The translations under genes were made by a program, and so were the position numbers. A stretch of DNA of 61,257 nt, the filler included, from Sphacelaria rigidula (Eukaryota): NCBI GenBank assembly GCA_964200075.2. It is 6 parts of 6 records of this genome, joined end to end, with 100 filler letters (N's around TTAATTAATTAA, not from the genome) between each part and the next. Parts side by side here need not be neighbours in the genome. Positions count along the whole stretch, not along the records: positions 30,682 to 40,807 come from CAXNAA020007082.1; positions 40,908 to 51,032 come from CAXNAA020007083.1; 4 more parts are not named here. The stretch is one strand, 5' to 3'. A model generated the notes under the pieces. The model was not told the DNA's origin and made no database searches. It saw nothing but the letters and a program-made list of their open reading frames with translations. Positions 32,767 through 46,821 of this stretch are shown here, in pieces. Position 1 is the first letter of the stretch; the number at the start of each line of letters is the position of its first letter.

Positions 32767-35700
32767 GATTTTTGTATGCGAGCATCTTGGCATTTGAATT
32801 TTATTTCTTCCTGTGGCGGAAGAATGTCTGTTCACGCTGCTGCTATATTTTGAGACTGCCCGACACCTCCACCGGGCGAGCCGGCCGGTCATGTACGTGA
32901 CTTGGTGCTCGATCGAGATGACACGATAATTTGCAGTACCGTCCTTGCCCAGATGATATCAGCTGGCGCTGACTAAACTTTCTACCTAGCTGATGTGGTG
33001 CGGTCACGCTCTAACTACAGTACTACTGTAGGAGGTCACTTGTTACCCCTCTGACCGCCAGGGTGAATGATCGGTTAGAAAAGCATCACTCGCTTACATG
33101 AAAAATGACCGGAAGGATCAGGTGACCCGACCTGGCGATCGGAGGGTTTAATAATGAGAAAGATAATTTCAACAGACGGAGGTACGCTGAAACGAGTTGG
33201 TCGCCAAAATTCCGGCACTGGGCCCACAGAAAGGGGCAAGATTAATGAGTGGAAAGGTTTTCGACCAGTCGCAGTCTTGAAATACACAAAAATGCGGCGA
33301 ACTTTCTTCAATCACATCAAGATCAGATTAGAAAAACGAGTTGAACACGAGTCGTGAAGTAGCCGTGAATAGCCCACACATTGCGCCGCTGCGACACAGA
33401 CAGCAGCTGCTACCGTCCACAAACGAGGATACAGCAGCTTCGTGCCGGCTCAGGTTGTTTGCCCCAACCTGCACACACTCTTGCGTGTCCTCCCCGATCA
33501 CAGCACCCCACCATAACTGAAGTACTAGAGGAGACGTAACAGACAGCTGCACAGCCGTCACGTGACGATTGTTTCCGCCTCTGTTTGGACTGTACTTTGA
33601 TCCCACCCCACTTTTTTGCAGACCGCAACACAGCATGCAGCAGTACAACTGCTCAGGCACTCTCTAGTGCACATCGCACCGCCATCACCGTAGAGGGTTT
33701 GGATACACAACAGCACAGCGACAACTTTAGCATAAAAATGATGGGTTTGGGGAGCGCATTATTCGTTTGACTAGAGACGGAACAGCAACACTCCATGAAC
33801 GTTTCAACAGTACAGTCAGTGCGTAAAGAGCACAGCGTGCCGATAACATCATGTTTCATAAGAGACGAACGGAATGACAATATAAATCAACTCAAGACAT
33901 TCCCAGCGGAGATCAAACCATCTCCACAAAGACCTGAAGACGCCACAGCGCAGCGACAGCTACAGCATGCTAGACATAGCATGAGTTTGTTTCTGCTGCA
34001 GCGCAATCATACAGGACATGCCCCATTCGACACTCGTAGTTCCTTCCCTGATTTCGGCATGGGCCCTCGATTCTTGCCACGTGGCGATTTTCAAACGCTC
34101 GGCCGGAATTGCGCTGCGCGCGAAGATATTTTACTTCACTTTGAGTTACACCCATCTGTGGGAGGTCAGCCATTTGTTGTAACATCCTACTTGACACAAG
34201 AGCACACACGACTCGTCAGACAGTGAAGGCCCAACTCTCTGAAGGGGACCTCGTAGCGTTCACTCGCGAGAGGGGCAAAGATCTCTGTTGTAGTCTTCCT
34301 GTGTTGACATACGTTGCTACTACTGTTGTACCGCACTGCACTCCAGTCTACACTGTTGTGTACACGGAATGATGACAGGTCAGATTTCCGCAGGGGGGAC
34401 ACAACACATGCACCCAGGTATCCGGAAACTCGAATCACGAAAAAACACACAGAGGATGAACTTGCGATAATACCTCAACCGTGACGGTCAGCTCGTGTGT
34501 GGTTGTCCACATCTCGCTGTGCAAACAACTGCTCGTGGAGTTAAGGACAATGGGCAGGCATACGACTCGGTGCTAGCTTTTCCGTCGCTCTACTCGTTCT
34601 GACTGTTGAGCAGCAGTGCTTCGTGACGGGAGAGTAGTACCATGCGGTTAGTACAGAGTCTGCAGGGCAGGAACTTCGCTTCATCACTGCGAGTATCATA
34701 AGTCTGAACGGCAGCTCTTCAAATGTCGGTTGAACCTCAACACTTGATCGACACTTTGGGGTTTCTGTCCCGAAATTTGCCTCCGGGGTTGTACATTCCC
34801 GGATATGAATTGAGCGCACTGCAGACTGTCACACCCCGATTCCTACACCTAGTCCTAGGTCTTACCCCTGCCTTTACGTGTCACTCCTATAATAGGCTCC
34901 TTGATGGTTTTGTCAGTAGAGTATTGGTTTTGAAATAATCTGAAACCTATTCACCAATCTCCAGACCCATCCCTTCGTCTGCAGAAACCCGTAGACCGCA
35001 TTGCGGGTAGTCCATTTGGATCATGCATACTTTTTCAGATGAAGTGATGCCGATTCCACAGGTGACCTACCCCTGCGGTCAAAAGATTCAACGCGGCTGT
35101 GGTTCTCTCCTGGCTCCTGGAATATACAACGTTGTTCTACACTTCCTGTTGTATCATCCCGCGGACGATGGAGCTCTCCCACACCCTGCTTCTCGTCAAC
35201 GAACGCCAGGCTTTCAAGTGCACATGCTCTGTGCTGTACGGTACGGTGCAGTGCAGAAAATCAGTGGCTAGTACTACAGATACATAAGGTGAGTGCATCG
35301 CATCATGGTTGAGAGGCACAGAACACAAGAGACCGACAACAGTAGCACACGCGATGGCAAAGAAGCTGAACTCATGACTACTGACCTGCAGCAGTGTGGG
35401 CTGAAGGAGGATGAAACCATGGACCGATGCATATACGCAAAGCAGTGCTTCAATCCTGGAGAGGCCATATCCGTCACCAATATCCATGTTGCCCGAATCT
35501 CGTGGAGTCGGGATAGGTTGAACGATTGGCTTGGTCGCATGCCAGTGGTCTCTGTGCTCTCTGTACACGATATTGGCTGGAGTATGATAACGGTATGCAT
35601 TTTTGTAGAACAATATATCGTCATATTCCGATGATCTTGAGCAATCATGAATCATGCACGGGCTGGTCAGTGTGATATGGGCGTGACTGCGGATCCCAAT

Positions 35701-37335
35701 GCTCACGCGCTGAAGCACCTGAAAAATTGAGGTCTACAGGGGTGCAGGTGAATAAGTAACACAGTCAGAAGCTATCAGGAACAAGGGTTGTGTGAAAAAT
35801 GAAAAATAGATCTCTGAGAGTGATCATACTTCTTGTCTGCACGTTGTTTCGGCAGCAACGAAAACGAGAGTGTGCCTCAACTGGAAACCGCATATATATG
35901 GCGTATGTGCAACACCTCATCGTCGAATCCGGAAAACTCGTTCGTTCTTGCTCTGTAGTTTGTGAACGGGTTGATTGTGTTGTACTCTACAAATGAATAA
36001 GCATACCCAACCGAACTGCCTGTGCTATGTTGCTTACTGTTTGCAAACAAACAAAAAAGAAAAAGCTCCTGTGTTGACGTTCCTCATGTGTGACCCCGGC
36101 TGGTGGTGCGACGCATAGAAATGCAAAACTGCTTGAACTGTTGAACTGATCCTCATGGAGTTTGAGAAAATGCAGCAGTTTGAGATGAAAAAACAATAAT
36201 TGTGACGTGTGGGTATTTATGCTCTCAAATCTTTCGTGAAAACCGCCTCTCACGGAGTTCAAGTTTTGCATGTCAACTGGCAGGCGTCACTTTTCGGAGG
36301 CGGAGTTGTACTCAGTCATGGATTAGAATAGCATATAATACGTCGTGTCGCGCAGAGGAACTATGACATAGTCATCAGGCACTGCATGGCGAGGACATGA
36401 TGCAGCATCTAAGTAACCCGCAACGTCACAATCACCATCACCGTCGGTCCCTGATGATTCCTCGCAATCAAAGACATTATCAGCGACAGTCGTCCGGTTC
36501 ACCATGACCGCCATGCTGGTGTGAAGCAGGAGCGCAACTGTAATGGGCTCCTCGTGAAACCCATTTAAACAGGTAGTCTGCAGATCCCATATTCCTCACC
36601 CGCCGCGTGCGTATGGAGGCGTGTTACGCTGTACCGTTATCTCGAACACACTCTGGTCCAGTTTGGGAAGCGCGGGCATTTCCGAGACAAGTCTTCTCTG
36701 GAGAAGACGGACCACCGGAAACGGTGTTCGAGACATCTGTCCGAAGACGACCAAGAAGTATTTCTCAAGCTGATTTCTTTTCCTAGCACAAGAAAAAAGC
36801 GCTCCCAGAGTTTTGTTTTTTCATCAAATTTCAACCATCAGACGGGCCATTACCCTGATGGCGATTGACTCCTTGGTCGTGCATTACACACTCCTGCTTT
36901 TCCTTCCCAGGATGCCTTCCGGAACCGGCGGCAACGACGGCAGGGGAAGAGCCAACAACAACGACACACGCTATCGTGGCCACCCAGTGAGGTCGGACAG
37001 GCAGGCATCACTTTCCGCCGTTTGAGAACCAAGTCTCAAGGTAAGACAGGCAGCCTCAGTCCACGTCGGCAGGAATCCTGAGGGCTACCGACGCGGGGAG
37101 GCGGTAGGTTATGGTTCTCGTTCGTCGTTGCCATGATCCGTTTTCCCTGCTTTTTTTGCTGTGTTGGATTGTAGTACGCGGTACCATTGTCAGAAACCAG
37201 TTCGCCTGGTTCAAACAAAGCTGCATGGCTATTTGTCATTACATGCCATGTTCCGCTACTAGGAAATGGCATCTTGAACACACCACCGTGTTTTTTTCGT
37301 CACCCATTGCTCTTCCTGTAATTTGTTTTCTTCGA

Positions 37336-37546
37336 CACGGGATCCTGAAAAATCGAAACGAGATTTTTCGACGGGAACGAGGTGATCTCGAGATTACATT
37401 TAGTATTGAGACTAGCTCTGAATCGGACGTACCTTCGAACGGTCCAAAGGTACGCTTGACCCCCCGGTACTGGCTGCAATATTATATATAATGTCAACCT
37501 CAGTTCGTTTCCACAAAACCTTGTTCCCATTTTTCAGGACCTCGTG
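37336..37546. mobile_element. MITE with CACGGGATCCTGAAAAAT TIR (termini related to the 19517 element)
   Basis: Left CACGGGATCCTGAAAAATCGAAACGAG, right CTTGTTCCCATTTTTCAGGACCTCGTG. Confidence 0.6.
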
Positions 37547-38497
37547 TTGTCGGGTGATTTGTTCATCCCTTTCCTTTTCCTTCCTTGTTATTTTCCTTCT
37601 TCCTGTTGGGTAACCATGCCATTTCCCCTAATATCGACAACAAGCACCTGAAAATCAAAACGATGCGTAGTACAACCATTCATACTTGGGAGTTTTAGCC
37701 AATCAGAGTTCGTAATATTTCTATTTTTTGACAAGAAAAGAAGCACGGGCCATTTTCATCTCTCTCCCCACTCACGCCTTCCATTGATTGTCATATTTTG
37801 TTTTGTTCTCCGTCCCGGCGCCAAAACGACCCCAAACACCAGGAGATCACCAAAGGTCGGCGGACGGTAGTCATCAAGCCCGCGGCATCAGCGGAGCACA
37901 AGAAATGACAACGATTCACTTCGCTACCACAACGAGCAGACCTTCACGTAATCGACGGCTAGAGGTTGCACGTGGTGGACACGGGGTTTGAGGTCTGGCT
38001 GGGGGGCCCTGCGAGTCCGGAGCCTCGAGGCATATCCGTGGAAAAAGAGGAGGAGTCGATAGGATGATGGGACACCTGAAAGAGGAAGGGAAAGATAACG
38101 GGCACACAATAATGAAAAAAGGATGTTGAACAAAAGAGGGAGGGAGTGTAGACATGATCTTGCATGCCATAGTCGTAAGAGCATTGACCTCGTATCCCTA
38201 CACAGCCGGGACGGAGTACGCCGGGGTTTTCCGGGACCATGCTCGAAGGTGGGGTGGGGTGAGGTACATCAAAGCAATGTGGACACAACACACAGAACGG
38301 GGAAGTTCTCTATTGTATCCATGCATTATCATTTTTTCTCGTAGTGAACACCGGACTGATGTGTATTGACTGTCCCGTGGCCGTCGTCGTCGTGATCAGA
38401 CGAATCGACACCGCCCCCTCCGGCCTGGACACGAACCAAAGACAAAACCTTGACAGCGTGTCATGACGTGGTCGACACATCATTGTAATATCCATCG

Positions 38498-38766
38498 GTT
38501 GTTTATGGTAGGTTCTCTATTTCATGTCTATGTCCAGGCTGTGTTATGGTAGGTTTAATAAAAAGGAGGGTTAGCTTCTCTATTCCATGTCTATATCCGG
38601 GCTGTGTTATAGTAGGTTAAATAGAAGGAGGGTTAGCTTCTCTATTCCATGTCTATGTCCGGGCTGTGCTATGGTAGGTTAAATCAAAATGAGGGTTAGC
38701 TTCTTTATTTAATGTCTATGTCCGGGCTGTGTTATGGTAGGTTAAATACAAAGGAGGGTTAGCTTT
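38498..38766. repeat. ~61-bp minisatellite, ~4.5 units
   Basis: Unit CTATTCCATGTCTATGTCCGGGCTGTGTTATGGTAGGTTAAATAGAAGGAGGGTTAGCTTCT. Confidence 0.9.
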
Positions 38767-39712
38767 GTGACGAAATCACGCCGTCACGTTGAGTATATAG
38801 TGGATCCTGGAATATGTCCAGGGGACAAGGCATCCTGTGGATGATGACCCCTGCTGTGTAGCCCATGCCTGACGGCACGGGCTGCAGCTGTTCACTCCTG
38901 AATAATGAGATGTTGTACGGGCTGACAACTGAAACCTGAGAAACTGGGAGTCCCTCAACAGCATTAGACGCTACCGTGCTGGCAACCTGCTGCAGCAATA
39001 CCCGCGGGCTGAACCGGCAATTTGCTGGATTCCCATCAGTCTCCCACAGAGTAATACCGATTTTCGCTGTTTTTCGTTGCTATTTTTATCTATCCCACGA
39101 AACCCCTGTCTGACACACGCTAAAATAAAGAACGAGAATAATATATATTTATATACATATATCGATTGTTTTCTATCTCCGTATGACTCACGCTCAAAAT
39201 ACATGGCACCTTGCCCAACCCGAACGAACGCAGAAACACCGAACAGGTGGCAAAAACGTGAGAAAGGGGACGGGGAGGGAGGGGGAGAGGGGAGGGTAGT
39301 CATATATTACCGCCTAAACTACTCAGTGTACGGTAGACTCCACCTCGTCCGCAAGATGGAGCATGACTCTCTAGAGAGCAATCGCCGATGACCTATGGCT
39401 CACTTCCTAAGATTGCCGAAGGGGACCCTCGAAAAATCTTTGCCTATATTATTTCATCTGCTTGCAACAGCCAGTCGTGAACGTTCCGGGGGATCAACCT
39501 CTTCCTTCATCATGTAAATAAAACAGATGTATATACAAACAGGGTGTTCCAAATGCTGCTGCATTATTTACAGCGCCTTCTAGTGTTGTAGATAGCGACC
39601 AACATACCGCATAAGTGTGAGTACGTACATCATCACCCACCCGAGAACAGACAACGGCAACTTCCCTATATACGAGTACCAGAGATGACATGGTCCACTG
39701 TTGAGCACAGTC

Positions 39713-39963
39713 GAGTCATCCTACGATAGGGGGGGGGGGTATATGATTGCACGAAATAAGCGGCTCGAAAGTGTGTCAGACGACCTGCCACACTTGCGGT
39801 GCGCTTGTATTTGGTTCAAAACGGTGTCAATCGGTATGAACGAGCGTTATTCACCTATAACAAGCTCGTTCGAGCAACCGATGCTCCTTTCAACGACGAT
39901 TTGACGTGGAATTTCGTGTAAAAAGTGGCCCAAAATATCCCCCCCCCCATCGTAGGATGACTC
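39713..39963. mobile_element. Sola2-like MITE, 4-bp TSD AGTC
   Basis: TIR GAGTCATCCTACGATAGGGGGG / CCCCCCATCGTAGGATGACTC. Perfect AGTC duplication at 39709-39712 and 39964-39967. Confidence 0.8.
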
Positions 39964-40053
39964 AGTCTACGAGGGAAGGAGGGAAGGATGGAGGGAAGGA
40001 GGCCTACGCCTGCCAAAATTGTTCCAAGTCATTTTCACACTGAATACAGAAGG

Positions 40054-40305
40054 GAGTCATGCTACGATAGGGGGGGAGTATTTTGGGCCACTTCTTGCAC
40101 GAAATTCCACTTCAAATCTTCGTTGAGAGCGGCAACGGTTGTTCAAGCGCGCTTGTTACCAACAGATCATGCTCATTAATACCGGTTGACTCCGTTTTTA
40201 CCTAAATACAAGTGCACCGCGAGTATTGGGTCGTCAGACACACCCGTGAGCCCCCTTTCTCGTGGAAGCAAATACCCCCACCCCTATCGTATAATAGCAT
40301 GACTC
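40054..40305. mobile_element. Sola2-like MITE in inverted orientation, 4-bp TSD AAGG
   Basis: TIR GAGTCATGCTACGATAGGGG / CCCCTATCG..TAGCATGACTC. AAGG at 40050-40053 and 40306-40309. Interior is the reverse complement of the 39713 copy. Confidence 0.8.
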
Positions 40306-42535
40306 AAGGAGCGAAACTCTTAGACCAAAACACGCTTAGTATAGTGAAAACAACTGTCACGTTGCATTTATGCCAGTGCGCAGGGACATCGAGCTTCTAA
40401 CAGAGAAGCACCTGGCAACCATAGAATAGTACCCGCAGAATAACACCCATGGTACTCAGATTACTATCGGTAACGAACACAATAAACTGGATCGGGTACT
40501 GCTGCGGTCTTGCTTGTACTTCCCTTCACTACTCTAGACGAGCCGCGCGCGGGTGGGTAGGAGGGGGCAGGCGCTCATTGTTTTTACCAAACGAAGGCTA
40601 CTACCTCAGGGGGGGGGGTGGTGGGGCGCTTGTAACGGGCTTCTCGAAAGCACTCCTCATACGAGGCTCCACATGCACCGAAGCAAAATATCCACAAATA
40701 CCCGTCTTGAGTTTTTACGCTCCCCCCCCCCTCCCCCTCATGATCATGCATGCCATAGTCATCAGACCATTGACCTCGCATCCCTACAAAGCCGGATATT
40801 TGTGGATNNNNNNNNNNNNNNNNNNNNNNNNNNNNNNNNNNNNNNNNNNNNTTAATTAATTAANNNNNNNNNNNNNNNNNNNNNNNNNNNNNNNNNNNNN
40901 NNNNNNNAGAACGAACCCAAGCGTGGGAATTCCCGGCTTCTCGTTGTGCTCGGTTTTTCCCATTTCGATTTACGTGAAGATATTGCCTTCCAAAACCATG
41001 CACTTTTTGGGGGGGGCTATCGTGGAAAGTGTCATTGTCGTACAGTGTAACTAGTCCGCTGCGAATCACCCAGCCGTGGTCCGTCAGAAGGTAGATATGT
41101 GTCGTGTATTTGCCTGAGGCAAAGGAGACACGACACCCCGGTGATTTAAATTTTGAATGGCACAGCTGACACCAGCAGGGTGGGGAGATGAGGGTTGGAT
41201 AGCCGCCAGATACGTCAAGTCTGGCTTTTTCTTTTCAGTGTGTCCGATTTCCATCCTTGAAAGTGTGAGGACGTGAGGACCAAAACAAATCTGTTTGGCT
41301 ATTTTCATTGGACAACAGTTGACGTAGTGTGGACGTGAGTGCTGGTCATGATCCAATCCGTAATACCATAATGTGGGGAGTAGTGTACCGGACGAGAGAT
41401 TGATCCCTTGAGATCATGGACTCGATCATTGATCCCTTGACACCATGGACTCGATCATCCTGAGAAAGGAGATTCGTGAGAAGAGAAAACATAAAAAAGA
41501 AGAGTAAATAATTCGTGGAAGCAAACTCGAGAAAGGAGCATGAAGGAGAGATGGAGGGAGAAAAACAGAACAAGGTTCAAACTGAAAGAAGAGAACGATG
41601 GTAGCGGAATGTAAACGAAAGGAATGGAGGAATGCAAAATAAACTCCCCATGGAGATCTAGTACCGGCTCTGAGAAAGAGAGCAGCGACAAACACAATCA
41701 AAAACAAGAGCTGGATCAAGACCACCGCAGGTATTTGGGCAGGAACCCTCAGCCATTAGCTCTGCACGAAGAAGCCAAAAGCTCCGAGTACGACTCGAAC
41801 AAAAAATAAGCTGTTGATAACGTATGTTGATCTCGAATGATGGCGACTCGCCGAACACATCACGGCGCTTCGCACTTGGTAATTGCGAGCCTGGTCCGGC
41901 GAAACCCGGCGTGCTCCGGCCCGCCATTGTGGGGATGCGAGGTCGATAGTGTGATGACTGCGGCATGCAAGATCATGTGTACCCCTCCTGCCCCCCCCTC
42001 TATACCCTACCCCTGACTCGTGGTTTACCGCGTACATGTGACAAAAGGCGAGTTCTAAGAGTGGAGGGACTGCAGCGTTTGGTTTTCTGACGCTTGCTGC
42101 ACAGAAGAAGCGACCCCAATCTTTCGGCGCGAAGCAGCCGTCTGAGGATGTCGTGTCGTGGTCTCACCTTAGCCGGCCGCAAAGGTTTACTCCTGAGTCT
42201 CAAGCGCAGGGGCGGCGATGGGTATTGCTGCACGTTGGCAATATTTTTTTGTCTGACAAACGGCAAACAGGTGGGAGTGCTGATTTATTTCAATGTCCGA
42301 TAGTAAGAAATTGTACGCCTGTTAATGTACGGGGGGAGAAATGTGATTGGCGTGAATGATGCCTTGTGAGACTCTACGGACTCGTCTTGAGAACGGGTGG
42401 GGAGGTGGAGGAGGGGGGGGGGGGGGGGGGGGGGTTTTTTTTGTTCCTTTCCTTGGGCTTTTGGCCCCTCCCCCCCCCCCCCTTTCGAGAGGGGGCACCC
42501 TTCCCTTTTTTNNNNNNNNGGGGGGGGGCGGGGGT

Positions 42536-42568
<33 letters not shown>

Positions 42569-43180
42569 GGGTGGGGTGCGGGGGGGGGCGTACTTTTTCG
42601 TTACTTGCCTTGGACGTTTGGCCACTGACCACGCATCCCTTTCGAGACGGAGCACCATTCCTACTCTTAGTAGAGACACCTCCAACATTCCGGTGCTCAT
42701 TATGTTTCGTCCATACATCGCACAAATGTTTTTACATATCTTATCCCCTTCCTGTTTCGCCGTCTGTGGCCACCATCTATCTCCTAGCATAACCATCGCT
42801 ATTGTCTGATGCATCAAACGATCCCATGCCACCTTCGTTCACGTCCCGCATTTCCCCCTCTAGTACATCCCGTTTCTCCTTGTATAAATCACATTCTGCA
42901 ACTATATAACTCTTGATCTTGCCTGCCAAAGTCATACTCCCACTGACCTCGCATCCCCACGAAGCCGGGACGGAGCACGCCGTCTATCACCGGACCAGGC
43001 TCGCACTCGATCAATCCAAGCGCAAAGTGCCGTGATGAGTTCGGCGAGTCGCATGAAGGGTGACCTGAATCCCGCTAGTATTGTTTGGTCCGGAGCGTAC
43101 TGATTATCTTGGAATTGGATGACGGCCTCCAATGAGTAGCTTCATTCCCCGTGTCGCCACTTCCAGAGACAGCCATGGGC

Positions 43181-43439
43181 TGATAGCCTCTGCCGGACGA
43201 TCTGGACAAGAGAACTTCCAGCGAGGGACTCCTCCAGTATCACTAGCCTCGTGCTCGACAAGTCCTTCCTTCTAGCTTGTTATCATCATGAAGCGATCCT
43301 CAACAGATCACGAGCCAGACAGCAAGGGGCCACACAACAAAGGGCCATCAGTCCAGAATCCCCTGTCCCCTGCCACTGCTCAAATCACGCATGCGATTAT
43401 ACTGAAACCTCATGGCTTGGTATCATTTTGGCTACAGCA
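43181..43439 (-). repeat. 3' LTR of the Gypsy element
   Basis: Direct repeat of 49664-49920. A short purine run GAGGG precedes it on the minus strand. Confidence 0.75.
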
Positions 43440-46400
43440 CCCTCAAGCGAGTTCAAGACAAGCGAATGAGCTTGACAACCAACAGAAACCAAGGCGAAAT
43501 CGCATGCGCCAGATCACAAAGAAATACCATACTCCGACGCTAATTTACTTGTAAGCGCCCGAGTCAACCGCATTTCACGTAGTTCCCTCAAAATAAATCC
43601 AGGCGCAGAAGAATGAACCTTTCCAAGAGACTCCCACGTACGTTCGTCAGCACCGAACCCATCCCAATCGACGAACCAATGACATCACCATTGTCATCCT
43701 CAGCGACGTGCACCAAAGCATTCATCCGCCATCCACCTTGAGCATACGAATGGTGAAGTACACCATTTAGTTCGGTAGTGATGTGCAACAGTCAGCATAG
43801 AAACGCAAACGAGCGACATGAGCCGAAAGAACTGCGCCAGAAACATTGTTCTGCACTGAATACACGTGAGCGTGATCGGCTCCGACAACTCGCCACGGAC
43901 CTGTCCATGTGGACATGAAGTTGAGCGTCACACCTGGCCTACGAACACGGGCATACAACACGAGATCTCCAACGGTGAACTTGGGCAACACAGCCTGGCC
44001 CTGAGCAAGCTTGCGTTTGGTTTCGCGAGACACCGCGACAGCAGCTTGCACTTCGTTACAAAATCGCACTTGCTCGTCAACTACGCCTCAAACCTCGTCA
44101 CGCACGTATCAGCATCCATGACGTCGACGTTTTACTCGCCGCCAGTGACAGGAGCTAGCGCGGAAAACGCGGTACGCAGCGCACGCCCCAACATCACACG
44201 ATGCGGAGTATTACGGTAGCGTTCACAAAAAAACGTATCCAACGCCCCCTGAACGGCGCAGAAGATCAACCCATGCAGGCACCGCCCGTCTTTGTTCTGA
44301 TAAAATGGACCGCAACGCACGAACAACCTCCTTCACCATGAGGTGACAAGCACCACTCGACCAAGGGGTATACGCAAAAGCAAAATGGTTTTGCACCTTG
44401 AGCGCGTCGCTCAGATGCGCGATCACTCTATTCTTGAAGTGCGTGGCGGTATCACTAACCCACACACGCGGCACCCCCAGAGTCTTGCACCAATGGAGCA
44501 AGCGGTTAGCCGTAACCTCGGCGGTACAAGCCTCGGTCGGCTCCAACCAAACGAAATTGGACAAATCATCCATGATACCCAAAACGTACCGAAAAGCATC
44601 CTCATCGAGCAAACCGTTAGCACCTTCAGATCCGCTGCTTCCGACGTACAAAAACCCGAAGTAAACAACTTCTCCTGGCGTAGTACTATGCACAGTATCA
44701 CCATACGGACGAGGTACAATCGCACCAGCACGAGTGGCTACACAATGCAAACACTTGCGAACAAACTCGCGAACGTGGGAATCCATGTGAGGCCACGCAC
44801 AGTGATTTACCAAACGAGAAAAAGTCGGCGCCGCACCACGGTGACCAGTCGACCGCATGTGAGTGCACACCATCAAGCGAGTTTGTAGAGCCTTATCATC
44901 CGACGGAATCCACAAAACAGCACTACTGCCAAGACGCACGCGAAACAAACCATCTTTAGCCAGGGCAGCTTGACCGAAAGTCGTAGGAAAATAATGAACA
45001 CCTTTGCTGACTGTTTCGCGCTGCGCGGTACTAATGATATCTAACGAGAGCAGCGAATTATCGGCATCACACGGACTGTACACGGCAACAGAACGAAGAG
45101 GTACGGTAGGAACCTTCACCCAGCGAGACAACAAATCTCACCAACATTTGCGCTTCCCAGGAATGGGTTCAATGGCATACCGATATTGACCGAGCACTAC
45201 TTCCCAATTTCCAAGCCGTTGCGCCATGGCCTTCGTCACCGATGTGGCACACTCTTCGGGGTAAAAGTGTATCTCAGATGGCAATGATCGGGGGAAATTC
45301 GAACACCACCCCAGAGGAAGTACTCCATCCCTCGAAATATATTGACTATTGCAAAACCTCCCTTGTCCACATTCGCGTACCGCAACTGTGAGCCCTTGAA
45401 GCAATCACTCAGAAAAGCCAACGCTTCGTGTCATGTTTTCGAGCTCAGTGCCACTACTAAACTCGGCAACAGACACTTGCGTGAAAAAATTACCCCAATG
45501 AGACTCAGAAGCATCTGGAAACATAAGAACAACGCACCCTGGACGAGCATGAAGAAGCGGCACCGCTTGCGCCACCAAATCTTGCGCAGTAAACCATGCC
45601 CGCACACTACCCTCCGTTCAAGCGTCCTCCGGGATGATACGATTACGCGCCACCCGCTTGGTCCGAAGCGAAGCCGCTACCATAAGTTGTTCCAAAACAC
45701 ACAAAGCGGCGCCACTACTTCGCCATGCGCGGGAGCGAAGTCCGCAACCAATTCACTCTCTGTAGAAACTGTATCAGCTCACTATCGGTTTGAGGACGTC
45801 GCATATTGCTCAAAGCTTGGATGCGGACGGGACCATGCGAAATAGTTTCCTTCGAGTACACCTTATGACATCAAACCACTTCGCGGGCAAAAGCGATGCA
45901 CTTATGCGCAGCGACGAACAGTTCAACACTCTCCAGGCGGGCAAGAATTTCGTCAAGCAAAGTTGACAATGCTTCTTTGGTTACAACAAAATAGAAAACG
46001 TCATCCACCCACACTTTACAGTTTAGACCTCGCAAAATGTCTGTCAGCACACCTTGAAAATACGACGTGGCGTTCAACACGCCCTGCGGGACACGAGTAG
46101 GTGCAAAACAATCCGTCAGGCGTGACGATCGCGAAGATCTCCTGAGCCTTCGGCGCCAGAGGCATCTGCCAATACCCCTGGAGCAGGTCCAACTTGCCGA
46201 AGCATTGGGCTCCCAGCAACTCCCGCATGTCTTCTTGGCTTGGCATCACCACTGCAGACCTGTTCCGTCTATGCATTCACCGCCTGGTAGTCGTTGACCA
46301 AACGGAATGTGTCCCTCTTCGGCACCGCAATCGCCGGACTCGCCCGCATAGCCTGAATGTCCCCAACCAGGAAACCAAACGCCACCAAAGCTGCGATGCA

Positions 46401-46821
46401 TGACGCAAACCACCCAGTCTTAACCGGATCGTAATGGCGAGGCTTGGCCTCCACAGCCTTTGCCTGTGACTTGAGCTACACCCGCATTGGCTCCACGCGT
46501 GCTGGCGGATCACCACGCAGCGCACGACGAAAGATACCCACGCGACGAGCCAAAATACCACGCACACGATATGCGCCGTCGGCGCTCAGGCCCTTCTGCT
46601 CGGCCCACTGTACGCTATCCTGTACCGCACGTTCTCTGGCACCTCTCTCCTCCGCAGGGTCCATGAACACTTTAGGCCCCCGATCGACCAAGCGTTCCAC
46701 CGCTGCATCCGCAGGAGCCTCCTCCTCATTGGCACTTCGAAACGACCGTATGGATACGGTGACACGCCTCGCAGCAAGATAGCTGGGATATTCCACGCCG
46801 TTTTGCACCGCCACAGCTCGC

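Noticed and set aside
42356-42832. Gly/Pro-rich ORFs (also 20097-20410)
   Set aside because: Products of poly-G/C tracts next to N gaps, probably low-quality sequence.
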